A stretch of DNA of 64,000 bases from a bacterium (GTDB lineage: Bacteria; Patescibacteriota; Minisyncoccia; Moranbacterales; UBA2206). The stretch lies in NCBI GenBank assembly GCA_029567195.1, contig JAKQLJ010000023.1, forward strand, positions 4,626 to 68,625. Reading direction: 5' to 3'. The notes below the pieces were generated by a model, which worked only from the letters and a program-made list of their open reading frames with translations, made no database searches and had not been told where the DNA came from. Positions 54,943 through 64,000 of this stretch are shown here, in pieces; the stretch's first letter is position 1; each line of letters starts with the position of its first letter. Position numbers and translations under genes: made by a program.

Positions 54943-57522
54943 TTATTTTTTCGTTAAAGCTAAGCCTATAAATTTATCGGTATTAAGAACACTCTCCATT
55001 TTAATTTCATTTTTTCCTTCTGCCAAATTAGCGCCGGTTATTTTTTCCGCAGGATGTTTCCAGATGATGTTGTATGAATCAGGATATATTATTTTTGATA
55101 ACAATTGGGAACCGATACTGCCTGATTGCTTTTGAAAGAGAACAGAAAAGGTGTCAGCCGGCTTGGTTTTGGAATCAGTTTCAATTGTGAACGGCAATTT
55201 ATAAGAATATTTAACCTCTACTGTTTCCTGGGGACTGACATAGACCCAGTTGGCAAAAACCGTCTTTCCGCTGTCTTCATAAATGGCTGTGCCCGATTCT
55301 TCGTCAATTTTCATAACGCCTTCCTCCATTTCCACCTGTGGGTCTTTTTTAAATCCTAGTGCCCTGTAGTCCAGAGGCGGGGAAACAAATTCTCTGGTTT
55401 GTCCGGAAGCAGAAATTAAGGTCGATCCCTTTGGTACGTAAACGCGCATGTAATCGGAGTTTACCTTATTCCACCATTCAAATTGATTATTTCCGCCGTT
55501 GTGATGCCGGGTAACGGTAATAGTATCAATAATGGAACCGTCATTTTGAATTTCCGCCTGATGCTCTATTTTTTCCTCTATTATTCCATCAGTTTTGTAA
55601 CCGTTGATATTGGTATTTATAACGGAAAGATAATCTTTTTGGGTATCCAAAACTTCTCCGCTCCAACCGCGTGCAGAAATCATTTTTTCAATATCATAAT
55701 TCATGGAATAAATGAGAATATGTTTTTCGTTTAAGCTATCGATAAGAATTTTCATAACCTTGGCCGTATCAGAAAAATCCTTGGCGTTGAATATCTGATC
55801 GAGAATTTTCGGCGCCAGATCGGCTAGGATTTTCTTCGGCTGGTTCAATTCCTTGTCGTAATCCACTTCCACTTCGTATTGGATTTTTTCGATAAAATTG
55901 TCTTTGTCTACTGTTACGTCATATTCCGGCATTTCAATCGGTCCGGTTACTTCCAAAAGTTTTTGCATAACCGTCGGAGTCATAGTGATTATTCCGTCTA
56001 CAGTTGGTCCGCCGGTTTTTTCATAAAACCAGGCAGCTTTTTCGGCGCTTTTGGGAAAATCAGGAAACCAATTGCTGTCATGAAGGCTCCAGGCGGCGCT
56101 TATTTTTTGGACAGGAGTTGGCGGAATGACTTTTTCCCTGAGTTGCCCGTCCGGATTAAAAATTCCATCCACAAAGAATTTCCTTACCCGACCGTTGAAG
56201 ATATCCAAAATACCGTAAGTGCCGATAAAACCGCCGGTGGCTCTCATTTCCTGGTTATTTTGGAATAAAAACAAATATTTTCTGGGACCGTTTCCTCCCA
56301 AAACATCGGTAAAAATTTTGCTTTCACCGACAAACTGGCTAAGAGAATCGTTGATTTGCGGCAATTTATCTCTCAGCTCAATAAACTTTTCCCGTTGGTT
56401 TTCCGGAATATCCGCCATATCAACATCCTCTAAATTTTTTTCCAAGTCTTCCATCAAAAGAGAAACTTCCTTCAGGTTTTTGTCCGTTTCCTGAAAAATT
56501 TGTAAAAAAGATATGGTATCCGCATTTTCGCCGCTTAGAGGGTTATTTACTTTATTTATCAAGGATAAAATTTCGGATATTTTCATCCCGATTTGGGATA
56601 TGTCTTTTCCGGCTTTTGCCAGATGCGCTCCGGAAGAAATTTTGGAAACGAATGGCAGATATTTGGAAGACTCAACAACAATGCTTCCTATGGCATTGAC
56701 ATCATTGGAAATTTGCGAAAAATTTTCCTCGGCCTGACTAAACTCCAGGGAAGCTTTTTGAAAATCCCGATTGCTTAAACCGCTCTTTGCTTCCATAAGA
56801 TTGGCGTATGCTTCCTGTCCGCTTTGAAAAGCGGTATTTTTTATCTTGAGTCCCTGACCCAGAATATCCAAAGAAAAAATTATCAGAAGCAAAACCGCCG
56901 CCAAAGAAGCAAAAGATAAGATATTTTTTTTAAAATCGAGTCGTTGTTTTAGCCCTTGAAAAACGGAATAATTTTCCAAAAAACCGTCTGTTTTTTGATC
57001 GCTGGCATATTCGTCTTCATCCTCGTCTTCATCTTCACTTTCCTCGCTTTGCCAATAAGAATTTGCAGGAAAAATTTCATCCCATTTTTCACTTTTTTCT
57101 TGAATATGCGGAGAAGGCTCGCTAATGTCCTGAGTAAAAACCGGGCTTGTCAGTTCTTCTTCTTTTTCCGCTTCCCTCATCTCGCCCGTGAACTCTACCG
57201 AAATGTTTTTGACATTATCCAAATCTTCTGCGGCAATCGGGATACGGGGAATATATTTTAACCGTTCTTCCTTTTTTCTTTTTTCTTTTTCTTCTGCGAT
57301 TATTTTCTGAAAACGCCGCGTTTCCTGGTCGATAACTTCCGGTTTTTTTATGTCATGGAAAACATCCCCTATCTTGGAAGAGGTGCCGGAAAAATATCTT
57401 CTGGGTTTAATTCTCACAACCTTTTTAATTCTTCTCATTTTCTCCATATCCAAAACCCCGGAAGAATCAACCGGTCTGACATCAAACATCTGAGGAGTGA
57501 TAAATTCTTTCTTTTCCCCCAT
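54943..57522 (-). CDS. Large DUF4012-domain protein with disordered cytoplasmic N-terminus
   Basis: YLFLFQNNQEMRATGGFIG, DSNWFPDFP, NINGYKTD, MRVYVPKGS, QKQSG. Confidence 0.85.
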   Translation of the reverse strand: MGEKKEFITPQMFDVRPVDSSGVLDMEKMRRIKKVVRIKPRRYFSGTSSKIGDVFHDIKKPEVIDQETRRFQKIIAEEKEKRKKEERLKYIPRIPIAAEDLDNVKNISVEFTGEMREAEKEEELTSPVFTQDISEPSPHIQEKSEKWDEIFPANSYWQSEESEDEDEDEDEYASDQKTDGFLENYSVFQGLKQRLDFKKNILSFASLAAVLLLIIFSLDILGQGLKIKNTAFQSGQEAYANLMEAKSGLSNRDFQKASLEFSQAEENFSQISNDVNAIGSIVVESSKYLPFVSKISSGAHLAKAGKDISQIGMKISEILSLINKVNNPLSGENADTISFLQIFQETDKNLKEVSLLMEDLEKNLEDVDMADIPENQREKFIELRDKLPQINDSLSQFVGESKIFTDVLGGNGPRKYLFLFQNNQEMRATGGFIGTYGILDIFNGRVRKFFVDGIFNPDGQLREKVIPPTPVQKISAAWSLHDSNWFPDFPKSAEKAAWFYEKTGGPTVDGIITMTPTVMQKLLEVTGPIEMPEYDVTVDKDNFIEKIQYEVEVDYDKELNQPKKILADLAPKILDQIFNAKDFSDTAKVMKILIDSLNEKHILIYSMNYDIEKMISARGWSGEVLDTQKDYLSVINTNINGYKTDGIIEEKIEHQAEIQNDGSIIDTITVTRHHNGGNNQFEWWNKVNSDYMRVYVPKGSTLISASGQTREFVSPPLDYRALGFKKDPQVEMEEGVMKIDEESGTAIYEDSGKTVFANWVYVSPQETVEVKYSYKLPFTIETDSKTKPADTFSVLFQKQSGSIGSQLLSKIIYPDSYNIIWKHPAEKITGANLAEGKNEIKMESVLNTDKFIGLALTKK

Positions 57523-57524
57523 AA

Positions 57525-58655
57525 TTATTTGTGAATGACGCCTTTATATATCTCGAGAGTTTCCTGGGCCATTCTTTTCCAATTGTATTTTTTTATTTGT
57601 TCGTAGCCTTTTTTAATCAATTCTTTTCTCAAATTTTCATCGCTGGCAATTTTTTCTATTTTCTGTGTTATGTCTTTTGTGTCATAGGGATCAAAATAGA
57701 GAGCGCTGTCTCCCAGAATTTCCAGAGCGCATGAATGACTGGAAATTATAACCGGCACGCCCTTAGCCATGGCTTCCAGCGGCGGCAATTCAAATCCTTC
57801 ATAAAGAGACGGCCGGACATACGCCAAGGCATTGTGAAAAATTATATCCAGTTCGTAGTCAGGAACGAAACCGGCAAAAATAACACCGCCGATCTTTTTC
57901 TCTTCCGCCATTTGCTTAAGCCGCAAATAAAAATAATCTTCCGCTCCCACAAAAACCAATTGCATATCCTTTCTTTTTTTTCTTGCTTCATCAAAACCAA
58001 AAATCAACCGTTCGGGATTTTTGTGCGGATAAGCATTGCCAACATACAAAATGTATGGCTTTATTATACCATACCTGGCGATAATTTCCTCGTCTTTATT
58101 GGGACTAAGCATACAAAAATCATCACAAGCTTCATAAGTTACTTTTATTTTTTCACTGGGAACTCGTTTATAATTCTTTAAAATGTCATCCTTGGTAAAT
58201 TTAGACACCGCTATCACCCGATTAGACCGGTAAATGGCTGATTTAATGACTATTTTATAGGCAAAAAATTTAAGCCAATACAAAAGCGGGCTAAGAGTCG
58301 TTCCTCGAACTGTAGGAAAATGAATCAGGATAAGATCGTGAATGGTTACCACGAATTTTTTAAAATAAAAAAGTGGCACATTAAAATGGGGAAAATGTGC
58401 CAAATCCAAGTTGTATTTATTTAAAAGCCGGGGGAATTTTATCTGTTCTTCCAGGCTATACCACTGGAAATCGGCTAAAATTTTCTTAAAATTTTTATTT
58501 TTAGGGATGTATTCGTTAAAATTCTCTTTTTTTAAAAAAATGAAATATTGATTGTCTTCATCAACCTTTTCCAAATTTTCTATTAATTTTTGGGTGTAAC
58601 GGCCCAGTCCTTTGCCGATGGGGCCGTAAAATCGGGCGTCTATTCCTATTCTCAT
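57525..58655 (-). CDS. GT4 glycosyltransferase
   Basis: MRIGIDAR, VVTIHDL, YPHKN, PSLYEGFELPPLEAM. Confidence 0.92.
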   Translation of the reverse strand: MRIGIDARFYGPIGKGLGRYTQKLIENLEKVDEDNQYFIFLKKENFNEYIPKNKNFKKILADFQWYSLEEQIKFPRLLNKYNLDLAHFPHFNVPLFYFKKFVVTIHDLILIHFPTVRGTTLSPLLYWLKFFAYKIVIKSAIYRSNRVIAVSKFTKDDILKNYKRVPSEKIKVTYEACDDFCMLSPNKDEEIIARYGIIKPYILYVGNAYPHKNPERLIFGFDEARKKRKDMQLVFVGAEDYFYLRLKQMAEEKKIGGVIFAGFVPDYELDIIFHNALAYVRPSLYEGFELPPLEAMAKGVPVIISSHSCALEILGDSALYFDPYDTKDITQKIEKIASDENLRKELIKKGYEQIKKYNWKRMAQETLEIYKGVIHK

Positions 58656-58722
58656 AAGTTAATTATACCATATCAAAACAACCAGGCGCGAAATTGATCT
58701 GCTTGGTTGTTTTTAATTGCCA

Positions 58723-59886
58723 TTAAGCTTTGTTAAACAAATCAAGGGTTGCTCTGGCCGTTTTTTTCCAGCCAAATTCCAGCGATTTTTCCAGACCTTT
58801 TTTTGTTATATCTTCCCTTAATTTTTTGTCAGTTAAAACCTCTTTCATAGCTTTATAGATTTCATCAGGTTTATCAGGGTCGATAAGCAATCCGCCACCG
58901 CCTACCACCTCCGGCAACGAAGAATTATTGGAAGCAATGACTGGCACGCCGCATTTCATTGCTTCCAGCGGCGGAAAACCGAATCCTTCAAAGAACGACG
59001 GATAGACAAAAAGAGAAGCCAGATTATAAACGTATTCCTTATCCTCATCTCGGACAAAATTAATGACCTGGATTTTTTCTTTGTAATCTGATGTTTCTAT
59101 TTCTCTGAATATTTTTTCCTGCATCCAGCCTTTTTCTCCGGCAATGACCAGTTTATATTTAGTCAACTCTTCGTCCCCGGAAATTTCCGCCTTTTTTTGC
59201 CACCGGTTAAAAGCGCGGATGATGCCAAAAATATTTTTTCTCGGCTCAATTGTTCCCAGATATAAAATGAATTTGTATGGCAAGTCGTATTTTTCTTTAA
59301 TTTTGATCAATTTTTCGTCATTGCGATTGATTATTTTAAATTTATCGTCAACTCCGTTATGAATAACCATCACCTTTTCCGGGCTTATTTTATAAAAAGA
59401 AACCAAATCATTTTTGGAAGAAGAAGAAACGGCGATTATCTTATCGGCTTTTTGGCAGATTTTTTTAGGATTGATAAAAATGTGCCACATTTTTCTTTTA
59501 GGAGAAAAGTATTCGTTGTGGCGCTCAAAAGAAAGATCATGAATTGTGACAATAAGTTTGGCTTCCTTGCTTACCGATCCGAAAATAATATTGGGCATAA
59601 AAACGATATCCGCCCCGCCAGCAAGCTTGTCAATATGCGGCCAGCCCAAATACCAAAAGGAAAAATTAAGTATTTTGTTGGGAACACGCCACCTTTTTAT
59701 CCGAACATTTTTAAATCGGGAAAAAACAGAAAAATCAAATTTGGGATTTTTCCAGGAATTCAAAAAAAGAACATACTCGTTCTTAGTGTCGATTTCCAAT
59801 AAGTTCAAAATTAGATTCAAAAGATATTCCTCTACTCCCGTCCTCCTTCCCTCCATCAGGCATCGAGCATCTATGGCAATCTTCAT
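58723..59886 (-). CDS. GT4 glycosyltransferase
   Basis: IVTIHDL, GTIEPRKN, PSFFEGFGFPPLEAM. Confidence 0.92.
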   Translation of the reverse strand: MKIAIDARCLMEGRRTGVEEYLLNLILNLLEIDTKNEYVLFLNSWKNPKFDFSVFSRFKNVRIKRWRVPNKILNFSFWYLGWPHIDKLAGGADIVFMPNIIFGSVSKEAKLIVTIHDLSFERHNEYFSPKRKMWHIFINPKKICQKADKIIAVSSSSKNDLVSFYKISPEKVMVIHNGVDDKFKIINRNDEKLIKIKEKYDLPYKFILYLGTIEPRKNIFGIIRAFNRWQKKAEISGDEELTKYKLVIAGEKGWMQEKIFREIETSDYKEKIQVINFVRDEDKEYVYNLASLFVYPSFFEGFGFPPLEAMKCGVPVIASNNSSLPEVVGGGGLLIDPDKPDEIYKAMKEVLTDKKLREDITKKGLEKSLEFGWKKTARATLDLFNKA

Positions 59887-59893
59887 ATGAAAA

Positions 59894-60499
59894 TTATTCT
59901 AAGTAGTGTTTTATCATCACTATCCAAAATCCCAAAAATAATCCGAGGAAAAAGGAAGCCAGCGCAATCAGGCCAAAATCGGGGTTGTTTTTGATAATAA
60001 CCGGGTTTTGAGCCATTATTTCAAACCAGGTATCTTCTTTTTGGTCCTTGTTTAAATTGGCAGTGGTTTCAGAAATTATCTTAACGACGGAAGAGGCTAT
60101 TTTTTCACTGGTTTTTTGATCAGAAGAGGAAAAAGATACGGCAATTATCTGGGAAGACATTTTTTCCACTTTAATTTTCTTTGCCAATTGCCTAAGAGTG
60201 GCGTTTTGAGTACTGATATTCGCTTCTTTATAAATATCCGCCACAATGCGCGGACTTTTCAGCCATTCCACTACCGTTTCGGCAAATTTTTCATCTGCCT
60301 GCAGACGATAAAAATCATCATAGCGAAAATCAGAAGTGTTTTGAATGCCTAATCGGGTGATATTTAGGGTCAGAGAAGTATTATACGAAACAGGCTGGAA
60401 AAAAAAGTAGCCCAGAGCTATCAAAACAATGAGCGCAACAACCGCTAAAAACAAGTTTGCGTTCTTTTTTAATATTTCTAAATATTCCTTAAGTTCCAT
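59894..60499 (-). CDS. Wzz/CapA-like chain-length determinant
   Basis: MELKEYLEILKK, two TMs, SSQIIAVSF. Confidence 0.7.
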   Translation of the reverse strand: MELKEYLEILKKNANLFLAVVALIVLIALGYFFFQPVSYNTSLTLNITRLGIQNTSDFRYDDFYRLQADEKFAETVVEWLKSPRIVADIYKEANISTQNATLRQLAKKIKVEKMSSQIIAVSFSSSDQKTSEKIASSVVKIISETTANLNKDQKEDTWFEIMAQNPVIIKNNPDFGLIALASFFLGLFLGFWIVMIKHYLE

Positions 60500-60510
60500 G
60501 ATTTTTTAAT

Positions 60511-61608
60511 TCAATTTTTATGCTTTATATACTCTTTTTCCACGTAGTCTTTAATTTTATTCTTAAAAGCGCTTTTGTCAAATTTTCTAGCCTTTTCCCT
60601 GATAGAAACCGAATCAAACTCGATTTTTTCAAATCTCCCAACTGCCGCCACGATGTCCTCCGCTGTTTGATTGTCAAAGAAAATCCCATCCTTATTTTCC
60701 TCGATATGTTCCGGGATGTCCCCGCCTCGAAAAGCTATAAGTGGCCGTCCTGAAGCCAAAGCTTCAATAGCTACAATGCCGAAATCTTCTTCTTGCGGAA
60801 AGATAAAAGCCCGGCATTGGGAATAATATTTAGCCAAATCTTCGTCCGGCACCCGGCCCAAAAATTCAATGGTAGGACCGGCAATTTTTTGAAGCCTTTT
60901 TAACTCCGGTCCTCGACCGATGATTTTTAGCGGCAATTTCAGCCGGTTAAAAGCTTTTATGGCAATATCAAATCTTTTGTAGGCAATAAGCCGGCCGACC
61001 ATTAAAAAATAATTTCCCGTTTTTTCATTTACAAAAAAATCATCAAAATTTACCGGCGGATGGATTATTTCACTTTCCTTTTTATAATATTTTTTAATTC
61101 TCTTGGCAACAAATCGGGAATTGGCGATAAATCGATCCACTCTTTCGGCGCTGATTCTGTCCCAAAGCCGCAAATAATTCATTGCCAGAGGAACCAATTT
61201 CTTGATAAACCCCGGAAAATAAAAATCCTGGGTGTATTTATGGCAATCATCCCAGGCATAACGCATTGGCGTGTGCATATAACAAATATGAAGCGTTTCC
61301 GGACCGGTAATGACGCCTTTGGCAAAACTGGAAGAATCAGAAAGGACGATGTCATATTTGGAAAAATTAAATTGTTCGATGGCAATGGGCATAACTTGCG
61401 GAAATATACGGTGTTTACTGGAAGCAAAAGGAAATTTTTGGATAAAAGAAGTCCGGATATCCTTGTTCTCCAAAACTCCATGCATCATTTTTTTGTTATA
61501 CACCAAAGTATAAATCGGCGCGTCCGGATAAAGTTCGCAAAAACACTCCAGCACTCTTTCAGCGCCTCCATATTGAACCAAATAATCATGAACCAAAGCA
61601 ATCTTCAC
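60511..61608 (-). CDS. GT4 glycosyltransferase (WbaZ-like)
   Basis: KIALVHDYLVQYGGAERVL, YMHTPMRYAW, EEDFGIVAIEA; GTG at 61608 is preferred. Confidence 0.9.
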   Translation of the reverse strand: MKIALVHDYLVQYGGAERVLECFCELYPDAPIYTLVYNKKMMHGVLENKDIRTSFIQKFPFASSKHRIFPQVMPIAIEQFNFSKYDIVLSDSSSFAKGVITGPETLHICYMHTPMRYAWDDCHKYTQDFYFPGFIKKLVPLAMNYLRLWDRISAERVDRFIANSRFVAKRIKKYYKKESEIIHPPVNFDDFFVNEKTGNYFLMVGRLIAYKRFDIAIKAFNRLKLPLKIIGRGPELKRLQKIAGPTIEFLGRVPDEDLAKYYSQCRAFIFPQEEDFGIVAIEALASGRPLIAFRGGDIPEHIEENKDGIFFDNQTAEDIVAAVGRFEKIEFDSVSIREKARKFDKSAFKNKIKDYVEKEYIKHKN

Positions 61609-61686
61609 GTAACACGTAACACCTAACACATAACACATTGGCAATTTTAGTTGGGATGTTATGCGCTATGTGCTATGTGATACGTG
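61606..61686. repeat. Heptamer-repeat hairpin
   Basis: CACGTAA CACGTAA CACCTAA CACATAA ... TGTTATG CGCTATG TGCTATG TGATACG. Confidence 0.8.
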
Positions 61687-61689
61687 ATT

Positions 61690-63105
61690 TTAAAGGTTTC
61701 TCCTTTTTCTGAACAAAACTCCGACAGTTTTGAGGCATATTTGAACATCCAGCCAAAGCGACCAGTTTTCGATATAATACAAATCAAGCCGATATTCATC
61801 TTCAAAATCCAAATCCGACCGGCCGGAAACCTGAGCCATACCGGTTGCCCCCGGCTTTATGGTAAGAAGCCTTCGGTGATAATCCATATATTTTTCCACT
61901 TCTCTCTCCTGATGAGGCCGGGGACCCACCATACTCATAGAGCCGAAAAGAACGTTAAAAAATTGCGGTAATTCGTCAATGGAATATTTTTCGATGAAAT
62001 TACCCACGTTTGTTTTGCGGGGATCTTTTTTGATTTTATAAAGCGGTCCTTTTCTGACGCTTTGTTTGGCGATAAGTTCTTTTTCTATTTTTAGAGCGTC
62101 ATCGACTTTAGGATTGTCTTTTGTCACGCAAAGTTCCCATTTCATATAGCGGAATTTGAAAACAAAAAATTTCTTTCCGTCATTGCCAATTCGTTCATTT
62201 TTATAAATAATCGGCCCCCGTGAATCCAATTTTATGGCTATGGCTGTCAGAATCATAATTGGAGAGGTTGCTATTATGCCAAAAGTAGCCGTTATTATGT
62301 CGAAAGTTCGCTTATAAATTCTTCCCCAACCGTCAAGTGGCGTATTGCGCACCTGAATCAAAGGCTCGCCGCACAAAACGCCCAGATCAAATTTTGAAGT
62401 TTGCAGAGTGGTAGGAATAAATTTAAAATTGATATTATTGATGGCGCAATAATCGATTATTTTTTCCTGTTCGTCATCGGTTACTGACGGCTCGCAAAGA
62501 ATTATCTCATCGATTCCTTTTTGTTTCTTAATTTCCTTAATTTCTCTTAAGTGAGCACTTTCCAATTGGTCAACAACCTTATAGCCCAAATTTTTATTTT
62601 GCCTAATAATCTTGGAAATGGTATCCATCTTGCCGTTTCTTCCGATAAGAAGAACTCGGTGCACCCCGATTCCTTTTTTTCGTAACAGCCATTTCTGAAT
62701 CAGCTGGACAATATATCTGGCAAATACCACATAAAAAGTGATAAAAATCCAGGCAGAGAGAATTATAAAACGGGAAGAAAACCATTCCCGTTTCAAAAAT
62801 ATAGCCACAATTATAATTACCAGTCCGATAGAAGTAGCGCTGAAAATTTTAAGCATTTCTTTCCAAAATTTTCTGGTTGATCGGATATTATATAGCCCTT
62901 CAAAAGCATAAATAATAAGAAAAAGAGGCGCTACTATTAGCACAATTTTAATGAAAGCGTCAAAAGGATAATCGTATAGTTTCGGTTTTAAAACTAAAAG
63001 CTCCGGGATATTACGAATGTTCCAGGCGGTTATAGCCGCCAGAACAATCATAATAAAATCCAGAGGGACTTGCAAAGCGCTAAAGAATAATTCTGATCTT
63101 TTCAT
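61690..63105 (-). CDS. Polyprenyl glycosylphosphotransferase (WbaP/WcaJ type)
   Basis: N-terminal TMs, KRTFDI, FKFRYM, DELPQFFNV, VGPRPH, KPGATGMAQVSGRSDL. Confidence 0.92.
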   Translation of the reverse strand: MKRSELFFSALQVPLDFIMIVLAAITAWNIRNIPELLVLKPKLYDYPFDAFIKIVLIVAPLFLIIYAFEGLYNIRSTRKFWKEMLKIFSATSIGLVIIIVAIFLKREWFSSRFIILSAWIFITFYVVFARYIVQLIQKWLLRKKGIGVHRVLLIGRNGKMDTISKIIRQNKNLGYKVVDQLESAHLREIKEIKKQKGIDEIILCEPSVTDDEQEKIIDYCAINNINFKFIPTTLQTSKFDLGVLCGEPLIQVRNTPLDGWGRIYKRTFDIITATFGIIATSPIMILTAIAIKLDSRGPIIYKNERIGNDGKKFFVFKFRYMKWELCVTKDNPKVDDALKIEKELIAKQSVRKGPLYKIKKDPRKTNVGNFIEKYSIDELPQFFNVLFGSMSMVGPRPHQEREVEKYMDYHRRLLTIKPGATGMAQVSGRSDLDFEDEYRLDLYYIENWSLWLDVQICLKTVGVLFRKRRNL

Positions 63106-63148
63106 TGTTTGCAAATATTGGTCAAATTATCAGCAATTTCAAATATTT

Positions 63149-63536
63149 ATCAAGGCAAATCTATAAGCCGGATTCTGTCAAAAGCAGTCATTTATCTGGG
63201 ATGATGATTACTCATCACCTCAAGCGGCACTTCCCATATTTACGTAAAATACAGGACACGACCTTGCATTCTGGTAAGGATTTAGCCGTTTCACTCCCGC
63301 ACTAACTTTACGCTGGCACTAACGTGCCAAAAAAAAGCGTAAAATTAGTGCGGGACTACGCCCTACTTTTCAATAGAGCGCCCATAATAATTTCTTATTA
63401 TGGCGTCTCTGCTCGCACCTCTGTCCTTGCGGACGACGGGTGTTACCCGCTACCATTGTCCCGCCATAAGCGAAACTAAATGTCCGGACTTTCCTCCCCG
63501 ACTTTACGTCGGGGCAACTGCCCAATTTGCCTTGAT
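63149..63536 (-). ncRNA. rnpB: RNase P RNA
   Basis: Minus strand: GAGGAAAGTCCGG ... GTGAAACGG ... GCAAG ... AGATAAATGACTG ... ACAGAATCCGGCTTA; P1 TCAAGGCAAAT/ATTTGCCTTGA. Confidence 0.96.
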
Positions 63537-63745
63537 AGCTATTCAAAACTGGTTGGTTTTTAATAAAAACATCAACTGTTAATTATACTCCTTTTTTCCT
63601 CTTTTGTCAAAAGTAATTTCTTTATTTTCCCTAAAATAAGGGATTTTTTGATTAATATTCCTTTTTAATATTAGTATAATTTATGCAATTTGTCAAAACA
63701 AAAGCGGGCATTGAATTTTCTTACCCGCTTTCTTATGAATGGTTT

Positions 63746-64000
63746 TCATTTTGAGACCCTTATCGCTTGATCTACATGGCAGATCAAGCAGTTAGGATGT
63801 CGAGAATTTGCATATCTCATTGCCTCGTCTTTTTCCGCGAAGTATAATTTTATACTGCCGATATTCGGGTTTACACTGCACCTGTCAGGAGAAGCAATAA
63901 GCCAGTGACCATTGACCTCCGTTGACAATTTTCCGATGCTTAAAAGATGATGAAGAAATTTGTGCGCCGCATCCTTACTGTTGGTTTTACACGCAAAGTA
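63746..64000 (-). CDS. Hypothetical protein, 5' end outside the window
   Basis: Frame open from 64000 (YFACKTN...) to the stop at 63746; hairpin at ~63700-63731. Confidence 0.55.
   Translation of the reverse strand, partial: YFACKTNSKDAAHKFLHHLLSIGKLSTEVNGHWLIASPDRCSVNPNIGSIKLYFAEKDEAMRYANSRHPNCLICHVDQAIRVSK

Noticed and set aside
57009..57048. EDEDEDE codon repeat in the DUF4012 N-terminus
   Set aside because: Ordinary acidic low-complexity tract with period 6, unrelated to the heptamer arrays
61609..61644. N-terminal extension MPMCYVLGVTCY of the GT4
   Set aside because: Translation of the heptamer hairpin arm; the family normally begins at MKIALVHD
1201..61686. CRISPR interpretation of the repeats
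   Set aside because: No 23-50 bp direct repeats with regular unique spacers and no cas genes
52..62785. Numerous short ORFs antisense to or overlapping recognised genes (e.g. 45492-46298, 47947-48474, 61060-61626)
   Set aside because: Shadow frames of well-supported genes, with no motifs or initiation signals
63105..63582. ORFs 63105-63305 and 63400-63582
   Set aside because: Antisense to rnpB
1..64000. Recoded TGA (code 25), DGR/retron, tRNA or prophage
   Set aside because: TGA ends full-length genes (iscS, cysS-unrelated GTs); no reverse transcriptase, TR/VR pair, tRNA cloverleaf or phage structural genes seen by eye

Overview
AT-rich bacterial chromosome segment using genetic code 11 (TGA ends long ORFs). 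Gene content and style suggest a Candidate Phyla Radiation / Parcubacteria (OD1) genome, possibly Moranbacteria-like; this taxonomy is an inference. The evidence is SD-less core genes, DUF4012, PEGA and DUF5652 proteins, and an OD1-style RNase P RNA. Core genes: iscR-iscS-iscU, gltX, thpR, priA-def-fmt, groES, obgE, yidD, corA, cysS, dusB, dnaB-recR, rplU, clpB, htrA, ferredoxin, prsA, ftsB-like, lepA, murJ and rnpB. A large dispersed surface-glycan toolkit includes rfbB/rfbC, six GT4s, two priming transferases, WecB/TagA, a Wzy/ligase, three Wzz-like proteins, two DUF4012 proteins and a radical SAM enzyme. Three kinds of structure are not explained by the gene list. (1) 7-bp-period repeats and palindromic elements lie in frame inside housekeeping genes (iscS, gltX, priA, lepA, dusB), plus nested GTCAT...ATGAC hairpins carrying a ~20-bp mini-palindrome. 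(2) About ten solitary ORFan expression units carry a strong Shine-Dalgarno, most with a recognisable terminator and several with a sigma70 promoter, while the core genes checked mostly lack SD. (3) Candidate structured RNAs occur at ~2566-2850 and upstream of a Nudix gene. No tRNA, rRNA, CRISPR array, transposase, integrase or reverse transcriptase was recognised.
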